Below, in pieces: positions 13,324 through 24,625 of a DNA stretch of 64,000 nt. Both the position numbers and the translations under genes were made by a program. A model generated the notes under the pieces. The model had not been told where the DNA came from. It was given only the letters and a program-made list of their open reading frames with translations, and searched no databases. Position 1 is the first letter of the stretch, and each line of letters opens with the position of its first letter. The DNA comes from Octopus bimaculoides (Eukaryota), in the NCBI RefSeq assembly GCF_001194135.2, contig NC_069004.1:31924732-31988731 (forward strand), in the 5' to 3' direction.

Positions 13324-13914
13324 TTAACCCTTTCGTTTCTGTATTTATTTTGAGATGCTCTGTGTTTCTTTCAGTTAATTTTAAATATTATAGGCGCAGG
13401 AGTGGCTGTGTGGTAAGTAGCTTGCTTACCAGCCACATGGTTCCGTGTTCAGTCCTACTGCGTGGCACCTTGGGCAAGTGTCTTCTACTATATCCTTGGG
13501 CCGACCAAAGCCTTGTGAGTGGATTTGGTAGACGGAAACTGAAAGAAGCCCGTTGTATATATGTATATATATATATGTGTGTGTGTGCATGTTTGTGTGT
13601 CTGTGTTTGTCCCCCCTACCATCGCTTGACAACCGATGCTGGTGTGTTTACGTCCCCATAACTTAGCGGTTCAGCAAAATGAGACCGATAGAACAAGTAC
13701 TAGGCTTACAAAGAATAAGTCTTGGGGTCGATTTGCTCAACTAAAGGTGGTGCTCCAGCATGGCCGCAGTCAAATGATTGAAACAAGTAAAAGAGTAAAA
13801 GAGTATAACAAAGAATTTAGTAAAATAACTTCGTTATCATTAAGTTAGTGTTAGGAACATAAATTAAGGTTTGGTGGGAGATTTTAAGTCAGAACTTTTG
13901 CAAACAAGACATTT
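13324..13914. mobile_element. piggyBac-type MITE family 1 copy, interrupted by a SINE and 3'-truncated
   Basis: TTAAccctttcg start; 13328-13388 and 13804-13914 are colinear with the 37722 copy. Confidence 0.8.
13393..13803 (+). mobile_element. SINE family A, full-length, low-divergence copy
   Basis: ggcgcaggagtggctgtgtggtaag...gaaacaagtaaaagagtaaaagag; head nearly identical to the minus copy at 38440-38637. Confidence 0.92.
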
Positions 13915-14164
13915 AAAAAATGAAGACCACATTGTGTAATGTTTTAGTCATGGATTAAAATAAATGGCATGGTCATGGCTTGAACATGTAATCAGTCAAA
14001 TTGAACCATGAAACCATAAGGTGAATTTCCTCACCACATATCCATAGCAGAGTAGACCTCCATGTGGCTGTTTTTGATTTGCTATAAAGGCAGCCAAAAC
14101 TCTCCTCAAATTACTCTTTTGTCTTAAAAAGAATAAAAAAATAAAGGACATCATGTCTTTAATA

Positions 14165-14711
14165 TTTTGCTAGTTTCAGTCATTGGACTGCGGCCATGCT
14201 GGGGTACAGCTTTGAAGAATTCTAGTGAAACAATCAACCCAAGTACTTATTTTCAAGTTTGATACTTTATTAGTTTCTATTGCTGAACAGCTAAGTTAGA
14301 TGAATGTAAACAAACCAACACTGATTGTCAAGCAGTAGGGGTGGAGAGGCAAACATATATGCATGCATATATATATATGATGAGCTTCCACACAGTTTCC
14401 ATCAGCTATATTCTCACTTACAAGGCCTACACTCTCTGAGTGGTTGGCGTTAGGAAGGGCATCCAGCTGTAGAAACTCTGCCAAATCAGACTGGAGCCTG
14501 GTGTTGCCATCTGGTTTCACCAGTCCTCAGTCAAATCGTCCAACCCATGCTAGCATGGAAAGCGGACGTTAAACGATGATGATGATGATGATGAAGGCAC
14601 TGGTTGATCCGAGACGATAGTAGAAGACTCTTGCCCAAGATGCATGCTGTGGGACTGAACCCAGAATCATGTAATCACAAAGCAAAGCTTCATAACCACA
14701 CAGCCACACCT
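14165..14711 (-). mobile_element. SINE family A copy interrupted by a family D copy (14427-14593, +)
   Basis: A tail at 14165, A head at 14600-14711; the D insert is flanked by AAGGC at 14422-26 and 14594-98. Confidence 0.85.
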
Positions 14712-14942
14712 TTTGAAGAAAGATTTTAATATTTTAATATATTAAAACCTCAAGATGGCCACAGATGGAAAGCTTTCATCATAGATCTCTGCCAGATAAG
14801 GACTGACCTTGGGCTAAACAACAGCAATAACAACAACAACAGCAGCAGCAACACTAATTATATTATTCTGCTCCAGCCCACCTACCGACCCCTGCCACCA
14901 CCTCAAAATTATACTACAGGTGCTTGAAGTTGGCCAACTCAC

Positions 14943-15086
14943 TGGAACACGGCCAATTTCGTATTGACTTTAATATTTACACTTGGCAGTGAATGTGTTT
15001 CACCTAGATCGTATCTGAGAAAGTTAAAACCACGGTCATTATAACTATTCTCGTAAGCAGGACCCTTCATGTGCCTTCTCCCACAA
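14943..15086 (-). CDS. Candidate exon (phase 2-2): CGRRHMKGPAYENSYNDRGFNFLRYDLGETHSLPSVNIKVNTKLAVF
   Basis: Acceptor gtttataggcttttcag|, donor CCA|gtgagt, 144 nt open, in a unique-sequence island. LxxDLGxxxxLxSVxI is weakly reminiscent of discoidin/galactose-binding-like folds. Confidence 0.45.
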
Positions 15087-15411
15087 CTGAAAAGCCTATA
15101 AACCACAAACTTCTGCGTTTCTGCCGTGTCTGCTTGCACTTCCCTTTACATCCGTCCGGACTCGAATTCTCTTCTCTCTTCTTTCTGCCTCTGCCCCCCC
15201 TCCCCCCACCTCCATCACCTATTTTATTCGTTTTGTGGAGCAATGCAACCTATAGCATTACATATCTACATCTCCCTTTTTTTTTCTCTCTCTCTCTCTT
15301 TACAACTCATATATACAAGTACATATATAATATATGTATATATACAAGAGAGAGACGCATGCATGTTTATATATAAATATATATATATAAGCCTGTATGT
15401 GAGAGAGACAA

Positions 15412-15458
<47 letters not shown>

Positions 15459-16901
15459 CACACAAACACAATGAATGTATACACATACATATATATACAT
15501 ATGAGAGACATATGTGCATGTATGTTATATATATATATATATATAAGCCTGTATGCGTGTGAGAGAGACAAGTGTGGGTATTAGCATGTGTATATATATA
15601 TATATTATACACGCACACATATACAATATGTATGTTTGAGAGATACAGGTGTGTGTGTGCACGTGTTTATGTACATACACACACACGCATATACCAACCT
15701 ATCCACACAATGCTACATGCACTACCAGCACCAACCCAGCCAGCACACACTATGTTCCGAATTCTATTCTGTCTGTCTGTCTAGATAGATATGTACTTTA
15801 CTGTCAAATGAATGAACTTGTATACTGTCATGTATATATATGTATGTATATGCACTTATGTGTTTGTGGTGGGAGTGCATGTGTGTGTGTTAGTGTATGT
15901 GAGAAAGGACATACCTCACAGCACACACACACGCACACTTTCGAGCCCTAATTACATCTCCTAAACTTAGACCCTTTGATTATGTGGGATGGAGAATGTC
16001 GCCGGTAGTTAAAATGTCACTGAAGATAATAGGGGACACCAGAATAGGGAGTCACTGTTTCCAGTCATTTAATAATGTTAAGGGAGCACTCTGTGTAGAT
16101 GTGTGTGTGTGTATATATATATATATATACTTGCATATAAATGCACACACACCACACTGTCTGTACAAACCAAGGTAGTTTCCACCCTTGCCTACCACGA
16201 GTGATTCCACTTATACCCATGTATTGTCTCAGCTCATATACTGCTCAGCCATTCATAAATACTAATGTGTACATGCATATAAAATCTACATACACACAAA
16301 TTTATAAACACCTTCACACACTTATATACACCCACACACAATTATTTTATCTGTATTAGTAAATTATGTGGTTTCTGCTATATTTAGATGTTTAACTGTG
16401 CGTACGCACACACCTTGTGTGCGTGTATATATGTATGTATGTATATATACATACATGCATATGTTGCTTCCATATATGTGTGTGTTCACATACACACGTA
16501 CATATACACAAATGGTTATTTAATATCTCGACATACAGATTATATTGTTTCCAGTATATTTAAGTATTTTAATTGTACGCGCATACAATGGAGCAGTTTG
16601 TTTTTTGTTTTGTTTGAGAGGAGAGGTAGGTTCTGGGTTTTATCTTTTTATCACAAATCTGCACAAATGTATTTGTGTGTGACTCTAGACTATAGACACT
16701 GCCTACATCAGTTTCAAAGACAACACAGTTCTTTTTTTTTCCCCCCAGTTAAATTACATTTGCAAGAAACAATACAGAATGCTGGAGATATTTAAAATAT
16801 TTTATTGATATGAGAGCTTTAACAAAGGGAAATAACACAAAAGGGACATATCCTGCCCAGTATAATCTGAGATATTGTCAACAAAGCAGTTTTGTACTTA
16901 C

Positions 16902-16966
16902 TAGAACATGCAGCTGATATCCATGTCTGTCTGAGAAACTACACGTACTGCAACAGCTAGTTGTAT
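16902..16966 (-). CDS. Weak candidate exon (phase 0-2): IQLAVAVRVVSQTDMDISCMF
   Basis: Donor CTA|gtaagt is strong; acceptor tttttcttgttaaaag| is moderate. Frame was chosen partly because it links the neighbouring candidates. Confidence 0.28.
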
Positions 16967-17195
16967 CTTTTAACAAGAAAAACCTATCATATTACAACTC
17001 TGTTGATTAATTTTGAGCCAATGGATGTCAACTTCTTCCCATAAGGTTTGGCTGAAATCCTCGTTGTACCTGAATTTCTGATGAATGTAAAACAACTTAT
17101 TTATATTGGTGGCAAATGGGTTACCTCCCATTTGTTAGTGGATGTTTAGTAACCTATTTCACCTGAAAGAGCCAATGAGAACAAGCCTTTCGTTA

Positions 17196-17700
17196 TTAAC
17201 CCGGCTGTAGCCGGCTGAAAAATGTTTTGGTTCATAAGACTAACCCGGCCGTAGCCGGCCAAGCGTACCCATTGTTATTTAAATGTATATTTGAACCCAA
17301 ATCTCGTTAGTACATTCGTTAAAACACGTGATTTCACTTTGCAAACAGTTGAGTTATTGTCTCCGACATTGTTTGGCGTGATATTTGAATGCAGTGAATT
17401 TTGGAAGATTTTTTTCCACATTTTTTACGGCGTTAATTTTTTTCAACTTTGAAGATGGAGAGGAGTTTCATGCTATCAAGCAGTGATTCCGAATTTGAAG
17501 GTTTTTCAACAGAAGATATAGAGATATCAAAGAAAAGAATGAATGAGCTACAAAAGCACGTGGTGAACGATAATGAATCTGAAATTTCTGTATCCAAAAC
17601 TGAAAGCAGCGATTCTGAAAGCGGCGACGGTGACAGCGAGGATGATTTTACACCAGAAAGAGATTTTTTTAATATTTTTATTAACAATTTTTCTGAATGT
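17196..17700 (+). mobile_element. piggyBac-like transposon 5' end with truncated acidic transposase N-terminus
   Basis: TTAA|CCCGGCTGTAGCCGGC terminus with subterminal copy at 17241; ATG 17455 MERSFMLSSSDSEFEGFSTEDIE...SESGDGDSEDD; no matching 3' terminus found. Confidence 0.68.
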
Positions 17701-17708
17701 AAATTGTA

Positions 17709-18574
17709 GAATGTAAATTGTAGAACTCTACACGTGCTCTATTTCGGGTGGACGTCTTATGTCTAGTTCTGGAAATTATATTTTTAAATCGACAGACTAC
17801 GCTTATGATCCTGCTGATATTTACTTACGTAAATTTTAACAGGTGAAACCATGGTACATAGGTTAATCGTTTTTTTATTTTTTAGTATTTTTTTCATTTG
17901 TCTTGCCCTTTTACAGTTTGTTGTGTTGCTAATTTTTTACTGAGAACATATTTCTTCGTGGGTAGATGATTCGGCATCTATTTCTAGCATATAGGAATCC
18001 ACTTTTGCTAGTCATTCCTCTTATTTTTGTATGTAATATAATTTTAATCTTCGGATTTTTTTAATATGCTAGACCACTGGTTTTAATTGATTAATATGAA
18101 TTTCTACCCTTATTAATAAATTTTAAATAATGATATTCTCAAACCGGTAAATTAGCTGCAAAAATTTATTAACTGAAGAGTTATTTCCGGCCTTAGCGCG
18201 CCAGATTGAAGACATTTGAAGGGATACACTGAATGTAATTTGTAGAACTCTACACATGCTCTATTTCGGGTGGACATCTTATGTCTAGTACTGGAAATTA
18301 TATTTTTAAATCGACAGAGTACGCTGATGATCCTGCAGATATTTACTTACGTAAATCTTAACAGGTGAAACCATGGTACGTAGGTTAAACGTTTTTTTTT
18401 TTTTTTAGTACTTTTTCATTTGTCTTGCCCTTTTACAGTCTGTTGTGTCGCTAATTATTTACTGAGAACATATTTCTTCGTGGTTAGATGATTCGGCATC
18501 TATTTCTAGCATATAGGAGTCCACTTCTGCTGGTCATTCCTCTTATTTTTGTATGTAATATAATTTTAATCTTC
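17709..18574. repeat. Tandem direct repeat, period 522 bp (two ~345-bp copies: ~17709-18052 and ~18231-18574)
   Basis: tagaactcta at 17721 and 18243; ttttaatcttc ending at 18052 and 18574; colinear with scattered substitutions. Confidence 0.95.
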
Positions 18575-18601
18575 ATGAGTATGTATAAATATGTGTGTAT
18601 A

Positions 18602-18927
18602 TACAGGGGTTGGACAAAATAATGGAAACACCCAACATCATAGCATAATGATTTTGAAATATCTATAAAACCACCAAAAGCTTGTTTATTTTTATGTATC
18701 TTAGAAAAACAAGGAGTTGATATCCTCCACCATCATCACTACAAGAACTGGAGACTGTTTTAGCTGAAGAATGGACAAAAATTCCTTTGGAAACAATTCA
18801 AACTTTGAACAAGGCCATACCTCATAGATTTCAAGCTGTAATTACTACCAAATGTGGTCCTACCCCATATTAAAATAAATTTGTTTGAAATCTTAAGGTG
18901 TTTCCATTATTTTGTCCAACCCCTGTA
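18602..18927 (+). mobile_element. Tc1-family internally deleted element (322 bp, 18604-18925) with TA target duplication
   Basis: TIR caggggttggacaaaataatggaaacacc with perfect reverse complement at the right end; TA on both sides; retains transposase C-terminus YPPPSSLQELETVLAEEWTKIPLETIQTLNKAIPHRFQAVITTKCGPTPY* (18721-18873). Confidence 0.95.
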
Positions 18928-19032
18928 TGTATAGATACATACTCATGTATACATACTCATACAGTTTTTTATATATATACACACACATACATACAAACAC
19001 ACACTTATTTCTCTTCCTCTCATATGTATGTT

Positions 19033-19084
<52 letters not shown>

Positions 19085-21233
19085 CACTCACTCACACACA
19101 CACACGTTAATGACATGTATTTAGTATGATCAGTCTGTTCCAAGAATGCACTCCTCTCGTCAACTGATTATTATAATTATTATCACTGTTATTTGTTTTA
19201 CTTTTTGTGTGTTTTTGTTATTCTATCTTAGATAAATAGGTTTTTACATTTTTATCCTTCCTATTTCTACAGGAAATCTCTCCTGAAACATTCCTGGGAC
19301 TGTGGAATTACTTGGAAAACTTTACGTAACTTGTGGGAAATTACTTGGAAAAAAAGGGTTTTTTTTTACCGTTATACGTTTTGAAAAGAAATATCATATT
19401 TGGTGAGTGGAAACCCCTTATTTTGTATTTTTTTTTGTTTATTTCTTGGTGTTTTATTTTTTATCTTTAACTGATCATTAAACTGCAGCCATGCTGGGTC
19501 CCCGTCTTGAAGAATTTTTAGTACCTTTTTTAATAAGTGTCTTCTACTATAGCCTTGGGCCAATGAAAGCCTTGTGAGTGGATTTGGTAAACAGGAAACT
19601 CAAAAGAAGCCTGTCCATGTAGCAGAAGACTCTTGCCCAAAGTGCCATGTAGTGGGACTGAACCTGAAACCACATGGTTGCCAACCAAGCTTCTTAACCA
19701 GACAACCATCCCTTATGTTTGTTTGGTTTTTTTGTTTATTTTTTTCTTCAAGTCTGGTACTTTTTCTATCAGTTCTGCTTTGGCAAACTGCTAAGTTATA
19801 TCTATCAGATCAAGTCTAAACTCGGGCTATAAACAACAACAACAACAGTCTACACGTTAGATAATATAGCCTTAGATACACTATGCCTGAATAAAGAAGG
19901 GATCACGACTGGGCTGGGGCTAAACAACAGCAACAAGGGAGGATGCATTAGATAATAGAAAAAATGAGAGGATGGTCATGGAAGGTCTTTGATCATAGGT
20001 GTGTTGGATCAGGATGGACCTGGGGCTAAAACAGAAATAACATCAAATTAACTAACAGATGTTAGATAACATCTGATTGACCGATTAACAAATATTTTAA
20101 TTACTGTGTAATTATCAAAGTTGATTACTTTTGACGTAAGAGCATGACTTTCTTTTATTGTATTTAATTTTTTTTTTGATTAGATTTTTTTTTGTTCAGA
20201 GACCCATAGACGCAGGCGTAGGTGTGTGGCAGAAAAGCATCCTTTGTAACCACACAGTTCCCGGTTCAGTTCCACTGCATGACAGCTTGCGAAGGTGTCT
20301 TTTAAAATAGCTTTTGGGCCAACAAAGGCCTTGTGAGTGCATTTGGTTGGGAGAAATTGAGAGAAGCCTGCCTATATGTATATATACAGATAAAGAAATA
20401 ATTTTATTCTCAAACGTAGGATAATGTTAATAATATAACATGAACAGGATAACCTACCCATATTTTGCAGAAAAATCTGTCGGCAGCCAGCCATGAGATT
20501 TGAACTCGCATCCCTATCCTTATCCGTATCTTTCAATACATCTCAACGCTTCTAAAGCAAACTTTGTTGACTTCTAATGTAAAGCTGAATTTAATATAAC
20601 ATATATATATAGATAGATATATATCATGCTTTAATGTTCATTGTCCGTGCTGGCATGGGTTGGACGGTTTGACCAGGGCTAGCAAGCTGGGAAGCGGCAC
20701 CAGGTTCCAGTCTGATTTGGCTTGGTTTCTATGGCTGGATGCCCTTCCTAACATACCAACCACTGTATAGTGTGTGTGTTGGGTGCCTTTTACATGGTAC
20801 TGACACCAGTGCCGTCCTATGGCACTGTGTGTGTGTGTGTGGATCCTCCTCGAAGGGCTTTCCCTGTCTACCTTTTTACATGCATTTGCCCTCGGCCAGT
20901 CCAATGTAAGACAGTCATGTGTCAGGCATTCGAACAAGGTAACCTTCTCCCCACCACCACCACCCGACCTCCGACCTCCTCAGCCGTGTGGAAATAAATA
21001 CTTGGCTCATCAGCTCAAGAGAAGAAGACCTCCATATCTGGGGTTAGGGTTATCCAGGCATCTGCTCGCTCTCTCTCTCTCACACATACACACACGCACA
21101 CACACATCCATGCATATACTCACACATACAGACATGCACACTTTCTCTTTCTCTCTCTCTTTCACACACACACACACACACACATTCTCTCTCTCACTGA
21201 TGCAGTGTCTCCTCTCTCTCTCTCTCTCTCTTG

Positions 21234-21306
<73 letters not shown>

Positions 21307-21974
21307 TCACGTGTTGACATACACACACACACACACACCCATGCACTCTGTCCCTTCTCTCTCTCACACACATCCCTGCATCTATTCATACATATAGACA
21401 CATACACACTCTCACATAAATACACACATGTCCTCACATGCTCACATACACATGCTTACTTACACATATATCATATACACATTTACACACACAATCATAC
21501 ATAACATATACACACACATCAAACACACAGATATACACCTAATTTAACCTAATTCCAATCATCTCAAAGTCTTTCTTTCATAATGTTTCTCACCTGAGCT
21601 CACCTCATCTGACCTACCTTGACCTATCTGCTCTGTCGCTGCGAGTGGGGAAAGCGAACGCCCCCCCCCCACACACACACCTCTTATCCCTTGGTGACTA
21701 AATACCAGGAAGAGGACCAAGTGGAGAAGTGGGGTGGGGGGAAGTGAGCCATCCCACCGCCTTTCTCACCATAGCCACCACCACCACAACCATGGTCGGC
21801 ACCATTCCCCCCTTTTAATGACAACCACCATCATTAAAATATTACTGTCACCACCATCACCAGCTCAGCTACCACCACAATCGACACTACTGCCACCACC
21901 ACCACACACACACACACACAAGGGTTGTAGTAAAGGTAATACACAATAATAGACATTACTATTTTATTGACTGG

Positions 21975-22185
21975 AGCTGGCAGAATCGTTAGCACACTGG
22001 GGGAAATGCTTAGCGACATTTCATCTGCCGCTCCGTTCTGAGTTCAAATCCCACAGAGGTCAACTTTGCCTTTCATCCTTTCAGGGGTCGATGAATTAAG
22101 TACCAGTTGTGTACCGGGGTCGATCTAATCGACTGGCCTCTTCCCCCCGAATTTCTAGCCTGTGCCTAGAATAGAAAGGATTACC
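21975..22185 (+). mobile_element. SINE family B, (ATT)n-type tail
   Basis: gagctggcagaatcgttagc...gagttcaaatcc...cctttcatcctttcaggggtcgatgaattaagtaccag. Other copies at about 24625-24760(-), 27720-28130(+, two), 36420-36630(+) and 37063-37270(+). Confidence 0.85.
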
Positions 22186-22229
22186 TGAAGTGGGTCCTTC
22201 AAATACCACAAGTTGGCAAGAGTGTTTAG

Positions 22230-22540
22230 CTCATGTGTTCTGGAAGTGTTTACTCATTGTTCTAGAAGGTAAGCTGTAGTAGGAGTGAAAGAGTTGTAGT
22301 CACATTATGTTAACGAGTTGAATCGTTACCAGCAACGAAATGGTCCTTCTCCTAGAAGCCCTGATACATTGTTCAGACACATATATCAGCCCTTTCCCAC
22401 AGATGGGAGCAGTACTATAATGTGGGATTTTACCATAGCCCTCTCCATAGTAAACTACTCATAAGGGGTTGAAGTATTTTCTGACCCTAAAAATGAAGCC
22501 AAGATATAAAAGGCACAAAATTTGGCCACCTTATATGTAT
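22230..22540 (-). mobile_element. Heavily decayed LINE RT fragment
   Basis: LGFIFRVRKYFNP...PHYST resembles LGFL.RA.KYF...RP.MEYCS; many stops. Confidence 0.35.
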
Positions 22541-22569
22541 ATGATCTCACCGTAACAGACCATCAGAGA

Positions 22570-23730
22570 ACTGTGGTGTTGTCATTTAGGGATGTCATTG
22601 AGACCCTGTTGAGTTGTCATGATTTTGTTGTGACTTTGTTGTTGTTATATAACCGTGACTGTTGTTAGGGCTTTTTATTGGGTTGCTATGGCTTAGTTAA
22701 GTCACGATAGTTTTGTTGGGTCATCCAAGTTGTGGATCTTTGTATTGTAACTTTGTGTTGTGTCATCACAACTTTGTCAATGTGATTTCCTGTCATCATG
22801 ACTTCGTTGTCAGCATGGCTTCGCTATGTCAGTAACTTTGCAGTGTCGTTGTGGGTTTTATGTGTCATCACAGCTCTGTTGGTACTGTTGTTGTAATTTT
22901 CTGTCATCACAACTCCATTGTGTCATCACAACTTCTTTCTTGTATCATTGTAACTTTGCGTCATCGCAACTTCATTATGTCATTATGACCTTTTGTATCA
23001 TTGTGACTTTACTGTCATCATGACTAGATTGTGATGACAGCTTTGTTGTGTCATTGTGGGTCTTTTTATGTCATCATTGTTTTGTCATTGTGGGTTTAAG
23101 TTTGTTGACAGTGTAGTTTTGTGTCATCAGGGCAGCTTGTATCATTGTGACTTTGTCATCACCATGGCTTCATTATGTCATCATGACTTTGCCATGTCAT
23201 CACAACTTCTTCCATGTATCATTATGATCTTATTGAGTCATAGTGGGTCTTTTGTTGTCATCATAGCTTTGTTGTAACTTTTTGTCATTTTGTTGTCATC
23301 ACAACTTTATATCAACGTAATTATCTGTCATCATCACTTTGTGTCATCATCACTTCTTGTGTCATTATGACTTTGCTGTGTCATCATAACTTCTTTCTCA
23401 TATCATTGTGACTTTACTGCTGTCATGGCTCCATTGTGTCATCACAACCTTTTATGTCATCATGACCTCTTTATGTCACTGTGACTTTATCATGTCATCA
23501 CAACATCTTGTGATGACGTCTTGATTCATCATGTCATCACATCATTGTAACTTTGTCATCATAACTTTAGTCATTGTGACATTGTGTCATCATAACTTTA
23601 CACCATTGTAACTTTGTCATCATAACTTCTAGGGGGTTCATTGTGTCATCACAACATTGTCGTGTTACCGTTACTTTGTCAGGTCATAACTTTATCAATT
23701 ATTATGATTTTTTTCTTTTGTCATTCTGAC
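22570..23730. repeat. Degenerate short-period satellite, consensus about ttgtgtcatcacaactt
   Basis: About 39 TGTCA pentamers on the + strand by manual count. Confidence 0.9.
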
Positions 23731-23817
23731 TTTGTTATTTGTATATACTTGTGGGTAAGGAAGGGGGAAAGGGGTCCCAGTATGAACATGGAATCTATTA
23801 AAACCATGACAACTTAC

Positions 23818-23897
23818 CACTGCAACATGAAGCTGTGTTTCTACAACTGGACTCGTTCTGAAGATAGTCTGACAAGAAGTTCTGTCATCAACCAGAA
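23818..23897 (-). CDS. Candidate exon (phase 1-0): LVDDRTSCQTIFRTSPVVETQLHVAV
   Basis: Acceptor tgtctaccattacacag|, donor GTG|gtaagt; only one of three frames open; unique island between two tandem-repeat blocks. Confidence 0.5.
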
Positions 23898-23929
23898 CTG
23901 TGTAATGGTAGACATTCAACAGGCTGGTA

Positions 23930-24195
23930 GACTCTCGATGGGGCTGGCAGAGTCTGGACAGGCTCGCAGGCTCTTGACAGGCTCACAGACTCTCAACGGG
24001 CTTGCAGCCTCTCGAACTTTCAAAACAGGTTCACGGACTCTCGACGGGCTCGCGGAATCTTGACTGGCTAGCAGACTCTTCATGGGCTTGTGGGCCTTTG
24101 ATGGGCTCGCAGACTTTCAACAGACTCACGAACTCTCGATGGGCTTACAGGCTTGTGGACTCTTGATGGGCTCATGGGCTCTCGACAGGCTTGAG
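23930..24195. repeat. ~19-bp minisatellite, consensus about ctctcgacgggctcgcaga (about 13 copies)
   Basis: Direct inspection. Confidence 0.88.
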
Positions 24196-24199
24196 GACA

Positions 24200-24625
24200 C
24201 ATAGAATGCACCATTGAAGCATGGCTGATGGCAGTGCCACCTGACTGGCACCTATACTGGTGACATGTAAAATGCACCATTTGAGTGTGACCGATGCCAG
24301 TGCCACCTGACTGGCACCCATGCCAGTAGCACATAAAAAGCACCATTTGAGTGTGACCAATGCCAGTGCCGCCTGACTAGCATCTGTGCCAGTGGAATGT
24401 AAAAAGCACCATTTGAGCGTGACCAATGTCAGTGCCACTGGACTGGTTCCTGTGCTGGTGGTATGTAAAAGCACCCACGACACTCTCAGAGTGGTTGGCA
24501 TTTGGAAGGGCATCCAGCTGTAGAACCCTTGCCAAATCAAATTGGAGCCTGGTGCAGCCTCCCAGCTTGCCAGTCCTCAGTCAAACTGTCCAACCCATGG
24601 AAAGCAGACATTAAACAATGATGAT
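24200..24625 (+). mobile_element. Family D element with internal ~60-bp tandem repeats
   Basis: gcaccatttgagtgtgaccaatgccagtgccacctgactggca repeated about 4 times before the D core. Confidence 0.75.

Noticed and set aside
13393-13470. tRNA-like A/B-box sequences as tRNA genes
   Set aside because: They are SINE heads continuing into SINE bodies, with no complete cloverleaf.
21040-21056. GGGGTTAGGGTTA as an interstitial telomeric repeat
   Set aside because: Fewer than three units; expected by chance.
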